From NCBI GenBank assembly GCA_025201805.1, contig MU619247.1, positions 1 to 64,000 on the forward strand: DNA of 64,000 nt. Direction: 5' to 3'. Position 1 is the first letter of the stretch; each line of letters starts with the position of its first letter. Below the pieces are notes generated by a model, which made no database searches, was not told the origin of the DNA, and saw only the letters and a list, made by a program, of their open reading frames with translations. Of the stretch, positions 22,814 through 34,780 are shown in pieces. The position numbers and the translations under genes are program-made. This stretch comes from Parasitella parasitica NRRL 2501. Taxonomy: Eukaryota; Fungi; Mucoromycota.

Positions 22814-24889
22814 ATGGTTAGAATTACAAATAGTCTCTACCACGAAGCATATAAGTATATCAAGCAAGACTCCTCATTGGGAGGCAATTGTATCATATTT
22901 GTAGCTTCTGATGTCGATTCAATTTGTGCTGTCCATATTTTCCAGGTATATAAAAAAAAAAAAAAAAAGAAACAGAAACAGAGAAATTCCATGTGTATTT
23001 TAGTAACCATACACCACTAATTAAACCCACAGGCATTATTAAGGAGCGACATTATACCTCATAAAATTGTACCTGTATCCGGCCATAAGGACCTAGAAGA
23101 AGCAAATGAAAAACTTGTTTCCAAAGATGAAAATTTGCGTTCGATTGTCATGATCAATTGCGGAGGAGGCATCATGATTGGAAACTTGTTCACAGCACAC
23201 GCAGAAGCAAAAGTATACATTATTGATAGCCACAGACCACTCCTACTCGACAACCTACTTGAAGATAACAACCAGATTTGTGTATTTGACGATGAGAGCG
23301 ATTCACACCGAATGGTGGCAGCCATCAGTGCATGCGAAATAGCCATGGCCGCAGAGGATGAAGATTCTGACGAGGACAACTTTGATGAAGATGAGGAGGA
23401 AGACGAAGATGGGCGACCGATAAATCCTCGCAGCAGGCAAAGGAGAAGACTCAATGAAACGCTTACACCAGCAGAGAGAAGCGAAAGACGTAAAGCTAAT
23501 CGCACGATAGTAGACTATTACAATCAAGGCGCCTCTTTTGCAAATTCAGTATCCGGATCAGTGTATGAACTAGCGCAACAACTCGGAAAAACCAACAATG
23601 ACATGTTATGGCTTGCAATTGTTGGCGTCACATCACAATATATATTCGAAAAGATTGATACAGCCAGATATGCAGATCAAGTCAACATTTTTCGAGATGA
23701 TAGAGCAAGGCTAAATGTGGATAGAGCTGAAGACGGTCAACTACAGAGTATAAACAACATTGTTATAAAATCAGAGGATGAATATCGGTTCATGATGTTT
23801 CGACATTGGAGTCTCTATGACAGCATGTACCATTCTGGTTATGTGTCCAGTAAATTAGCCGTTTGGAAAGACGCAGGGAAAAAGAGGCTGAATAACATGT
23901 TTGCAAAAATGGGCTTCTCACTGCAGCAATGCCAACAAGTATATACCCACATGGACATGGATCTAAAACAGATGCTTAGAAACAAAATCGAGGTCGTTGC
24001 TCCTTTGTATGGCTTGACTGATATTTGCTATCCCAGTTTCACTAAAAGCTATGGATGGGAGTGCTGTTTATCAGCAAGTGATGTCGTTTATTCATTGTCG
24101 ACTATTTTAGAGACAAGCCCTGCTGCTGCAACAAGGTTAGGCGCTGAAATTAAGCACAGACATGGTAACGAGGACGATTGGAAGCCAACTCAGTCATCGT
24201 CGGATACAGCAGAACTGCAATGTGGAAGGAAGGATTGGTGGATGAGAAATTTCTTCACCGCTTATGATGCTCTAAAAGATGCCTCGCCTGAAATCATCTT
24301 GCAAGGTTTGAAACTATGCATGGAAACTCAAAAAGCAGTTGTGAGGCAGGGAACCTCAGTTATAGACAAGAAAATGGTCAAGCTACTCAAGAATTTTCGA
24401 TTTGTAAATGTCCGAAATACAGCCGAGTTGCCAATATTCCAACATCCTTCTTCGTTGACAAAACTTGGACTGTTTCTGACAGATGCATATAGAGTGAGTG
24501 CCTGCAATATCACCGGAGTTTATATTTTATTATGTCGGAGATTAGTTTTTTCTGATAGTTTCAAACTCAATTCAGGAACATGGAAAGAAAAATTTGCCCA
24601 TTGTCTTGTCTTCTTTTGATGAAGAGTACAATACATGTCTAGTCATTGCATTGTCGGGTGCGCCTACATTTGGAGATGTCCGCAAAAAGTAAGTTAATAT
24701 TGACGTGTTCCCTACTATGGATAGAGTCTAACTTTGAGGGAGTGTAGCACATTTGGCTTGTCATTTGAGGAGGCGGTTGAAAATACAAAGGCACGAATAT
24801 CGTTTGACAGTTTCGACCAAACAGTCATCCAAGTACATAATAATGATATTGAACATTTTATTGAATCATTACACTATAAACCAAGATAA
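22814..24889 (+). CDS. CDC45: DNA replication initiation factor Cdc45
   Basis: FVASDVDSICA; INCGG; IIDSHRP; LWLAIVGVT; FRHWSLYDSM; AKMG; C-terminal ARISFDSFD; three introns. Confidence 0.96.
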
Positions 24890-24909
24890 TACAATGTAAA
24901 TTATTCCCC

Positions 24910-26389
24910 TTATTTTAGTGCTTTTTTAGATTCTTTAAATAAAAATGCAATAAATACAAAAAATAACGCAATGAATGATACGTTAGCTACTACTATTCTA
25001 AATGCAGTGTCTTCAAAATTATGTTTCTGACTTTTGGCAATGGTTGTCAAACTACCATTCGAAGGCTGTATTTGCTGTAGTGTGTAGTTAGGTCTAGTAA
25101 ATTCGTCTTGAGGTCGTGGCGTCCAGTCTGGTTGATAGGGTGGGCCGTTGGCTATGTAATTCCATTTACCCGAGGCAGAACAAGATTGATCTGCCAAGAA
25201 AATGTGAGCTTCATTGGGATCATGATAGGCATGGGTTTGATTTAGGTCACTTTTAAATGCCCACCAGGGTAATACACCGCGACACACTGAACAATAACTT
25301 GATATTTGGTTGAAAGCTATTGTATCATTCCATCGGCTAATAAATTCAGGTTCTAGTCTGTCTTTGGGTGCAATGTCAATGGCGTGTTGTCTATACGATA
25401 AATACTGCAAATAGGCTGTATCATTGTTGTGTAAATAATTAATATAATCTGCTAAATCTTTTGGATCAGGATATGCATCCATATAAATCACAGATCTATT
25501 TGTAGGAATATAGCCCTGGTAGCTAGATGGTCCATCTACTATAGGGACGGCTGATAAGGTTAACGTGTCGTATAATTTTTCAGTGGCATAGTCTTCACAA
25601 TTAGAGTTCTCAACTGCCAGATAAAACTTGTATTCTGCAATAAGGTCTGAGCGAGACTTATCCAATGGAAATGGCTTATTATTTAAACAACTTCCGTAGC
25701 TATGAACATCCACGTATTCCATTAATTTTTCAATGTACTTTTCTCTTCCGTTAGTTGCTCTACAGTTTTTAGCGATCCATAGGATAGGTGCTGATTTGGT
25801 TTTCGTTTTAATAAAATCTTTCGGTAGCGGCCTATTTACTACATCCATGATTGCGGGTGAAAAATACGAGAACAAAAAAGTTGATTTGAAGTTATACGAG
25901 GCCAAATAGTCAAAATCACGCATAATTTCCTTATCAGCTCTGAATATACTTGAGAATGGTGTTTCCAAAGACTCTAAAATCCACGGTTGATTGGTGGCGT
26001 CTTTATCTCAGTTTAAACTTAGCACAAACGCACTGGATGAATCTTTTGTGTTCAAAACCTACGATCTTGTAATTCAGCTAGCATCATATCCGGGGCATGG
26101 AACATTAAAGCAGCAGCATCCTTTATATCATTTCTTGCGCTTGTCAGTGTACACCAATGGTCGTCTTTTGTATCAATATCGAATTCATCTGGTATTGGAC
26201 AATCTCTCGCAGTGAACTTTTTGTCCTCCACTGAATAGTGTCAAATCAGGGGCAGTTAAATATCAATTAAAACAGGTTTGGTGTATAAAATTCAGTTACC
26301 AAATTTTCTGGAACCAAACCAAGGAGTCGCATATACGATTTTCAATGGCGGTAATGTCGTTGCCATCGCGAACAAAATGTTCAGTTGTT
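24910..26389 (-). CDS. Alpha-1,3/1,4-fucosyltransferase-like (GT10); 5' end uncertain (ATG at 26366 or inside the 10-N gap)
   Basis: YKFYLAVENSNCEDYATEKL (GT10 motif), WIAKNC, VHSYGSC, LMFHAPD, WILESLETP; C-terminal hydrophobic segment. Confidence 0.88.
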
Positions 26390-26399
26390 NNNNNNNNNN

Positions 26400-26442
<43 letters not shown>

Positions 26443-26501
26443 AAACGCCAAGTTATAAGTTTTAAAATTTCATTTTATTGTTGTAATACGTTCCTTGCGT
26501 T

Positions 26502-27573
26502 TTATACTAGTGGATCAGCAAAGGGATCTTCCAGGCCTCCTTCTCCTTCTCCTTCTTCTTCGTTAGAACTTGTTGTCAGCATAGCATCATGCATATCAAG
26601 TGCTTTTAAAAGAACTTCGTTTGCTGCAAGCAACGTGCCAATCCATTCTTCATCTTCAACAAGACGAATATAATAAACGATTTTTTTGCTATCCTGTTCA
26701 CAACGTAAATAATTCTCTTGTATTGCCTTATCGCTCAGCTCTACATGTTGCAATGCGTTGATCAGGTTGTTTGCTGACTGTGTTGCCATGGCAATTTGCT
26801 GAATAATTTTAGATTTGGATTTTTCAAAATCGAATGCGACATCATTTGTTTGTGCAGTTGACAAAATAGCCAACGAACTTTTACTTGTGGGCATAGTCTT
26901 TGCTGTAGCTGGCGTATTGACTTTGTAGCTGCTGAAACTCTTTTTCAACAATCCAACAAATGGTATAGGCTTTCTTGGCTCGAGATAAAGTCTGCCCTTA
27001 TCGTATAGCTCTTGTAGTACTCGTACACCCCTTTCATTTTTAAATCGGATCGACCAAATGCCTAGCAGTGTAACCAGCAATTTCCTTACTCTGATGTCCT
27101 CGGTGGAAGATTCTATAATGTGGTCAAACATTTCTTTCATTTTGTCATGGTGTACCAGCTCCCCTATTCTCGTAATACATTAAAAATGGCTCAACCTTGG
27201 GCATAAATTTATTTACTGCAAAAACGCTGGTTGGAATTTTCCATCAACAATCGCAAAATCTAGATACACAATAGGGCTTAATTTCAATGGTTTTTATGCT
27301 GATAAAAAGCAGGTTACCTCCAACGCTCGTAGTTTTTGTTCCGATGTACCATGCTTAAGCTTTTTTCTTATAGCGTCAATTGCTTCTCTAGCTCCACTTG
27401 ATTGCATACAGATGGATTCTATCAACTGCTGGAATTGGAACCATTCAATTTGATCGTAACTGGACAGATTATCTGATTCCCGGGTTAAAACCATCTGCAA
27501 GCATAGAATATATGCAGTACTTACCGATATATACTGTAATAGAAGACTTGATGTTGGCAGAGAAAATACCCAT
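26502..27573 (-). CDS. VHS-GAT domain endocytic adaptor (Lsb5-like)
   Basis: MGIFS start; GAREAIDAIRKKLKHG..QKLRALE (VHS); ANNLINAL...IVYYIRLVEDEEWIGTLLAANE (GAT); C-terminal DPFAD. Confidence 0.8.
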
Positions 27574-27672
27574 TGCAAATAAAAATAGCAAACAAGCAAG
27601 ATATAAAAAAAAAAAAAAAAAAAAAAATGAAGAGGAAAGAAGCATCGATATGCGCTTATGTATGTACATGAT

Positions 27673-28482
27673 TTATTTACGACGAAATACTAATGCAGCA
27701 CCATCTCTACCGCTACTAATATTCACAACTGCTTCTTTTCTTGGTACATTATGCCTATTCATGTGGATCTTTCTCATGTTTAAAATGTTCTTGTTGGTTT
27801 TCTGTAATTTGGGGCGATTGTTCAACACTTTAACGGTATATTCTCCAACAGTTCTTCCTTCTTTTGTAGTCTTTCGCTTCTTTGCTCGCTCTTTTTCCTC
27901 TGCCTCTTCTTCAGCAATCATTCTCTCAAATTCTTCGGTTGTCACATGCCTTCTTTTATTGGCTTCCTCCTCTTGTTCCTCCAATAAAGCTTGCTGTAAA
28001 AGATCGCTTGGCAATAATTCAGCTCCCTCGTCATCTTCAACATCATCTCCATTCTCCAGCTTTTCTTGCTCTCTCTGCCTTCTCTTTTCCATTTTTTCTT
28101 CATATTTTTTTTCTAACTTCTCCTTCTTTGCCTTTTTCTCTATCTCTTTCAATTGTCTTTTACTGCCTTCTTTTTGATCTTTCAAGAACTGTTCCCTTTG
28201 TCTACGCTTTTCTTTTGCAGCTGCAATGATTCTAACATTGCACATGTATGTGCGTTAATTAATCATGATAATTGATGAATCTACAAGTTTTGCTTACTTG
28301 TCCGAAGCTTCTTTTTCGGCATGTGCTTTAGATTTTAAACTCTCTTTAGCTTTAAAGGTGCTGATAGCTTCTGGTGCTTCATCATCAGATGAAGGTTGAT
28401 CAAAAATGTCATCATCTTGTTGCTTTTTGGTTGACTCAGGAATGACAATCTCAGCATCTTCTTCAAAAACAATCTTTGCCAT
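27673..28482 (-). CDS. Charged hypothetical protein, probably nucleolar (SDDEAPE motif; Bud21/U3-associated-like)
   Basis: Two exons; SSDDEAPEAIS motif, K/E-rich coiled coil, ELLP motif, basic C-terminus. Family assignment tentative. Confidence 0.6.
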
Positions 28483-29863
28483 GTTGTGTATATTTGATTG
28501 GAATATTGCCAAAAGGATGAGCAAGATTTTTCCTGTCATTTATCCATCGTTAGGAGTGGCTTGTTGATGTGACGACCAGCTTTTGCACTCCTGTTCATGC
28601 AATACGGTGCTTCGGTTTTCCTTACTAGTTTTGTCCAAGGTAGTGTCAATAAAGTGCATTATACAGCCACTCATTAAGTTGCCTTGTGTTTAATCAAGAA
28701 CATATAACTATTTGGAGTACACTGGATTCAGTAATTTTTTTTTTTTTTTTTTTTAACTACGTTGTAAATCAGTATAAAGCTTTAAAAAAATTTAAACATT
28801 GTATTTAATGGCTTTACTTTTATGTTATTAACAATATCATGAGAGACGCAATGAGAATGGTGGGATCTTTACCTTGAAATATGAGATGTTCTAACAGCTA
28901 AGTGATCAGCTTGCGAAAACTTGACTAATACAGCTATTCGTAATAAGCAAGCATTGGCTCCTTTCAAGCTGAAAGTTCGTATCAGCACATCGGTATTGCA
29001 AAAGAATGCATAAATTTTTTCAGATCACTACAATAGGGATCTTTTGTAGTAATAAAAAGAACAAACTTTAGTATACAGATACTGTGCCGTATGCCTGCTT
29101 TTCTAGCATACACATGATTTCAATTTAGGAGCAAGATATAAGCCCTATAGGCAACTTAAATGAGACTATATTATCATAATCAATAGGTGTGAAGCGATAG
29201 AATATAGCCACAAAAGCCATTTTCATGTTGCTTCGTGTTTGGTTGAGATAAATTGGACACAGTTTAGGCCATTACTTCCCCCGCCCCCCTCCCCTGCTTG
29301 AAGGCGTAATCTGCACTCTCTAATATATTTGCAAACTATCAAGCTATGGAAAGACTCAAATTTCGGCCAAACTCTACTTCTTTTGCACCATTCTACAACA
29401 TATCCGAGTCTCGTGCACCTCTGACCATATAAATATCAGATATCTGCTCGTAAATTCTGCCAAAATAATCGTAGAACCGCGATCTACACTCGAAAAACTT
29501 AGCGTTGACTTGGCGCTATCTGAGCATAACTTAGTTTTCACTGGGCGATGTCTCTACCGAATACATATTCAAAAATAGAAGGACATGATGACAATGGAAT
29601 TTACATAAATGTGGTCTTTTTTTTTTCTATGAATACGACACATGAAACTCACCAAAAATCAAATAACTGCTTTTTTGCTAATTACTCTGGATAGACACAT
29701 CACCCTTAAGAAAAGGAGCGGCAGATCCTTCAATCAAGTTGAAATGCGATTAAAATAAGCATCTACAACAATCGATTGTATAAATGTTACAATTAAGTTT
29801 AGTAATTTAGCATCGTTAAATGCGTATTTTATGACTATATATATAACGAGTGTATACATTTTA

Positions 29864-30795
29864 TTAACGCAGCGTATAGATTGCAGCTTTCATACCATGC
29901 CTTCTCCTGCTGTTGGCTCTGAACAAATAATTTTTTCCATTTGTTTTGCTCTGAAGTAATCAGCCAACGATCTAATAATAATAAACCAGCCGACCATCAT
30001 CAAGAAATAAGCAATAATATCAGCATCTGCACTATCGTCTTTTGGTGACGATGATGATGACCCTGATTTGGATGAGGTATCTTGTTGATCTCCATAATAA
30101 TAATCATCATCTTCTAATGTACCACCTTTGTTAGAAAGAGTATATTAATATGCTGGTTACACACACACACACACACGATTTGCTTTAAATGTTGATGAAC
30201 ATACGACTACGAATATAGAAACCCGTCTGAACCAGAGATATGCCAAGGCCAGCCCGCGATCCTTGCTATTGAGATGGAAGATGAATACCAAATGTTCATG
30301 TAGCCGCCAAATTAAATTTTACAAACCTTTGATGCGTGAGATGTATGTAATAAATACGTCAACATAAATCCTACAAACTGGAAACTTGCAGATACTAGAA
30401 ATGATCTGTGAGTATATATACATATTACTTCTCAATAGGTATTGCGACACTTACTTAATAAATTCCAAAAGAAAGCAAATATACTGCCGACAGGTATCCC
30501 CTCTACAAGAACAATGTCGCCCATACCAGCTGGTGCAATGATTGTAGTTTGCCAATAAGGTGGTGTGGCATCAGCCGCTGCTTCTTCGTATGTCTATACG
30601 AGTTGTATTTTTTAATAAATCAATTAGTGCCCCTTTCACTAAACGAATATACTTACAGGAGGGGTCTCATCCAGTTTATTACTCTCTGTCTCTGGCTTGG
30701 CTGACATGTTTGCAAACACACCATCAGTTGATACTGGTAAAGCGACATTTGCGCCTCTTTGAATATTTGTTAATTGTTGTTGTTGTTGTTGTTGC

Positions 30796-30828
<33 letters not shown>

Positions 30829-31142
30829 GTGTACTGTGGCTGAGGAGAATATGAAATGGTAGCCAAGGTAGTGTTATCATCATCGTCGCTTTCATCTTGG
30901 ATATTATTGTGGTAATTCAATAATGTGTCCATTGCTGTAGCATGCTCGTCATCATCGAAAGACTCTCCAAAAGAGTCTTGCAAGTCATTGTGTTGCTGAT
31001 TTGCTGCTGAAGACGACGCTTCGTAATGGTGATTGCTATCTTGTTCTGTTGAGGACAACTGTACACAAATTATAAGTTTAGCTTATCTCAATCTCGTAGT
31101 CTCACTCAATGAATAAATTACTTTCTGATATCGAGTCGACAT
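29864..31142 (-). CDS. BSD2: Bsd2/NDFIP-like Rsp5/Nedd4 adaptor (metal homeostasis), multi-exon
   Basis: STDGVFANMSAKPE; PPTYEEAAADATPPYW (PY motifs); FFWNLLISASFQFVGFMLTYLLHTSHASKQGSRAGLG; three TM segments. Confidence 0.9.
30773..30828 (-). repeat. (CAA)n coding microsatellite, poly-Q in BSD2
   Basis: TTG repeats on the plus strand encoding about 19 consecutive Gln on the minus strand. Confidence 0.95.
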
Positions 31143-32064
31143 AGTATGGTCGTATTACGAATAATTTATAAAATAGAAATAAAAGAAATAAAAGAAAAGA
31201 GCTCTGCTGATTAGGAAAAAGGGGCCAAGTAATAAAAATACAACTTGTTCTTTCTCATACACTGACCACACCTTCAGCTTCACCAAATGTAATTTGAACA
31301 CCGGCTTGTTATCGATTTTCAGTAGCAGAAATTTGCTCGAGATCTCCTTTACAGAGATTACACAGTTGCTTGCAAAAAAAAAAAAAAAAAACTTACATTA
31401 CATTATAGAAAGATAATTGCCTGATTATGTATTTCACAAAGCTCTACTGTGCGATATGCGCCCATTTTTTCTAAATTGCCATTGTTCATTTAACAATATA
31501 AAGAAAGATTGTCATGATTGTTCAAATATAAATATTTTACAGTAAAAAGTATATATAGCAATCGACAATGAAAAATAATGTGATATCGTCCACGTTTTAT
31601 TTTACTCGGGGTAAACAACGATAATCATTGCAACATGGCACAAACTAGCTCTCTGAAATCCTCGGCATAGTGGCAAATTAAATTCTTTGCATTACCATAT
31701 TGTATAGTAAGCGCCGAGATTCTCGGTTGCATTTTTCTGAGTGATTCCCCCCCCCCCCCCCAAGACCCTTTTTTTTTTTTTTTATATCGATCCAGAGTTT
31801 AGCTCCATGGAATTCTAAATTTTTAATAGGTTCTAATACAAGAAAGGAATAAAAGGCAATATGATAAAAATGCAGTATATCTATAAATTTTTTGAAGGGA
31901 GAGGTAGTCTAGAATATATGGCAGAATTTGGATAAAAGGTACATATAGAAGCAAATAGTAAGGTGTATGTATATATGAAAGTCTATGTATAATATGTAAA
32001 AAAAAAAAAAAAAAAAAGGAAGGATGTGTAAACGAGGGCAAATAGTTTCTCGGGGAAAAATGAA

Positions 32065-32898
32065 TTATTTCAGTGTGTGTTCATTGTCGAACAATACATT
32101 GTTATGTTCTGAGGAGCCTAACAAAGATTTTTTTACCCTTTTTAACATGGATTTATAATGATATCGGCTTGTTGGTGCTGAGGGCGGTGCCGAAGGAACC
32201 GAGATGGGTTTGCTGTTTAAAAATAACGTTGCAGATCTGTCGTCGTCATCTACCATGGACGATGAGTATTCCAAAAAAGAACAGCTACGACGGGACATTT
32301 GCTTCAATTTCGCCAGGTTCCATTTATCAGTAAACGAGAATGAGGTTGACAATGCGGTCAAGGAGTTAGTGGAAGGCGAGGCATTGACACCGAATTTTTT
32401 TTTCTGCTGCTGTTGTAAAGTGGGTGACTTTGGGGCTGGCCAACTGTTGTGGTAATTGGTATGCTCAATGGTGTCATAGGAGCTAGGATACGAACAAGAC
32501 AAAGAGTCATTTGTCAAGGGAGAGCAGCTAGGTGTGATCCAAGGCAAAAACGAGTTGACTCTCATCAGCTCCAGAACGGCCTCTGCAGCATCATCGAAAA
32601 GATGTAAATGGTAATTGCCTTGGCTATAATCGTCTAGTATTTTCTGTCGCATATCACAGGGTATGTTGATTTCTTGGGGAGAGTTTGGACGGATATACAA
32701 GTTTATCATCTTCTCACATAGTTGATAGTGGTCTTGCTTTCTGCATTCTTGGTGATATTCTTGGGTTGCCATCCAAAACGATAAATTCTCGATACAGTAC
32801 GATTGATGCAAATAGTTGGCAAATTCTTGAAAGGAGTCAGACGTTGGATCTTCCAAGATGGATTCGAGTGAAGGCACGATCTGATCAGTACCAAACAT
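32065..32898 (-). CDS. RGS-domain protein (regulator of G-protein signalling), intronless
   Basis: SLESIL...FANYLHQSYCIENLSFW...YIRPNSPQEINI...LFDDAAEAVLELMRVNSF; Ser-rich tail. Confidence 0.9.
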   Translation of the reverse strand: MFGTDQIVPSLESILEDPTSDSFQEFANYLHQSYCIENLSFWMATQEYHQECRKQDHYQLCEKMINLYIRPNSPQEINIPCDMRQKILDDYSQGNYHLHLFDDAAEAVLELMRVNSFLPWITPSCSPLTNDSLSCSYPSSYDTIEHTNYHNSWPAPKSPTLQQQQKKKFGVNASPSTNSLTALSTSFSFTDKWNLAKLKQMSRRSCSFLEYSSSMVDDDDRSATLFLNSKPISVPSAPPSAPTSRYHYKSMLKRVKKSLLGSSEHNNVLFDNEHTLK

Positions 32899-33347
32899 AA
32901 TTTTAGTATCTAAACGAGGAGAGAGGAAAAAAAAAAGAAAGAAAGAAGAATGAAAGAGAGAGAGAAAGATAACGGAATAAGAGGGGAAATTGTAGTCAAA
33001 AAGAAAAACAATCTAAAAAAAAAAAAAAAAAAAGGGAGCCCTAACGGTTGCAAGATGTCGTTCTTTTATCGCTGCTGAAAGTTTATTTCTTTCCTTACTT
33101 GGCCTACAAAGCAACCACAATGGTCCAAACAAGTACAATAAGGAATATATTCATTATAGTCTACACGTTGATTTTTTGAGATATTATTATCGTCAACAAG
33201 GCCATATGGCACTATAGTTGCAAGATGACACAAAGTCTGATATGAAGTTTTCATTGGTGATCCATGTTGAAATCATTCGTCCATGTGGCCCCCTTTTATA
33301 TCCTCAAGTTACACACGCATTTTGTTATAGAAATACACAGGTTTTTA

Positions 33348-34780
33348 TTATGAATCGTGAGGATGATAAAGTACAATTGGTTCTATGGGCTTTGATGTAT
33401 CGTACAAAAGAGAGGACTTGAAATTTACCAGTGGAAGCAAGTTGTTTTTCTCTATGATGACGTTGCTCTGGTAATGAGAATGATATAATACAGTAGGAAA
33501 GCTATTGCTTCTAAATCCTGATCTAATTCGCTTATATGGTACACTGTTGATTGTGGCGGCAGTATTGGACGTGGCTCTAATATCGCTACTGATCCTTCTA
33601 ATGGTGGCAGGCTGGTCGTGTTGGTCCAGACATTCCCATTCAGTACGATTTGCAACTAGGAAATCAACGAAAACATGTGATTTGGGTAATAAACTGACCA
33701 AGGTTTGGAAATAGGGTAGTATGTGCTGGCCAAACTTCAGGCTGATGGATTGCTGTGAATTAACCTCACGGTCCATACCAGGCGATACCGCAACCTTTCT
33801 CTTCTTTTCCTCGTCGCCCTGAGAAAAGAATTCCTGGATAATCAAATCTGACCACTGTTTTGAGATCACCCAGGGGCGCGCCATGTTGCTGATGTCTGCA
33901 GCATGCAGAAGAATGCGACACAGACTTGTCCTCTCCTCTCTGCTCAAGTGCGCTGGTGAAGTCAATGCTGTGCTTGTAGAGTGCTTTCGTTTGTTGCTGA
34001 CATATTTTTTGGCGGTTACACTGCTGAGATGTTTGGCTTGTTCCGCTAATTCTGAATGATAGGCCATGTCTGTTGATAGAATCAGGTCCTTGATGGTGTC
34101 TCTGATCACGTGGCAATGAGCAGTGTTGTGTTTGTTTAATAGTTGCACTGTAAGATGAACGGAATACGCTTCAAGTGTGGACATTTTGCCGTATTTTTCT
34201 GCCAGCTCTGTTTTTGTGTTGATTTGGAACGAATTGGTGAATCCGGGCTATGTAATAGTGATGTTTTTAGCATATGCAGACTTTGTACGTGTTGAGATGT
34301 ATGGTACTTACATGACCAATGTCATGGCACAGGGCGGCCACCAGTAGTATAGACTTGTCCAAGTCAGTTAGATACATGTCTGCATCCAGGTCATGGCAGA
34401 TGTAGTACAATATTGTCACGATATCAACGGCGTGATAAAATGTGTGGTACGGTGCCTCTGTATATTTGTCTGCAACATCAATTAAAAAGTCCAATAGTTG
34501 AGATACGCTGAATTTGAGAACTTTATGTACGTTGCAGCGAACAAATAGATTCAAGACATGAGCGAAAAGATCTGTATGGCTGTACGATAAGACGTTGACT
34601 CTGAGAGAGATGTCTAAATCTGAATACTGACGAAATTTCTAATGTTGGTTTCATGATAAGATTAACAGACAGTTTGCAAGTATAATAAATAAATAAACAA
34701 ACCTCTTCTATCTCTAGTAATTGCTGTCCGGTCAGCTTTGACTTATTGAACTTTAACTCTAATGTTGTTGATTTCATCAT
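33348..34780 (-). CDS. Class I 3',5'-cyclic nucleotide phosphodiesterase (divergent), multi-exon
   Basis: PYHTFYHAVD; AALCHDIGH|PG; ILSTDM; LLHAADISN; EFFSQGDEEK; PGMDR. Confidence 0.9.

Noticed and set aside
28540-28645. U12 snRNA-like AGTAAGGAAAA on the minus strand with nearby short stems
   Set aside because: The 5' TGCCTTAAAC element matches poorly and there is no Sm site at the expected distance; needs an Infernal search before any claim
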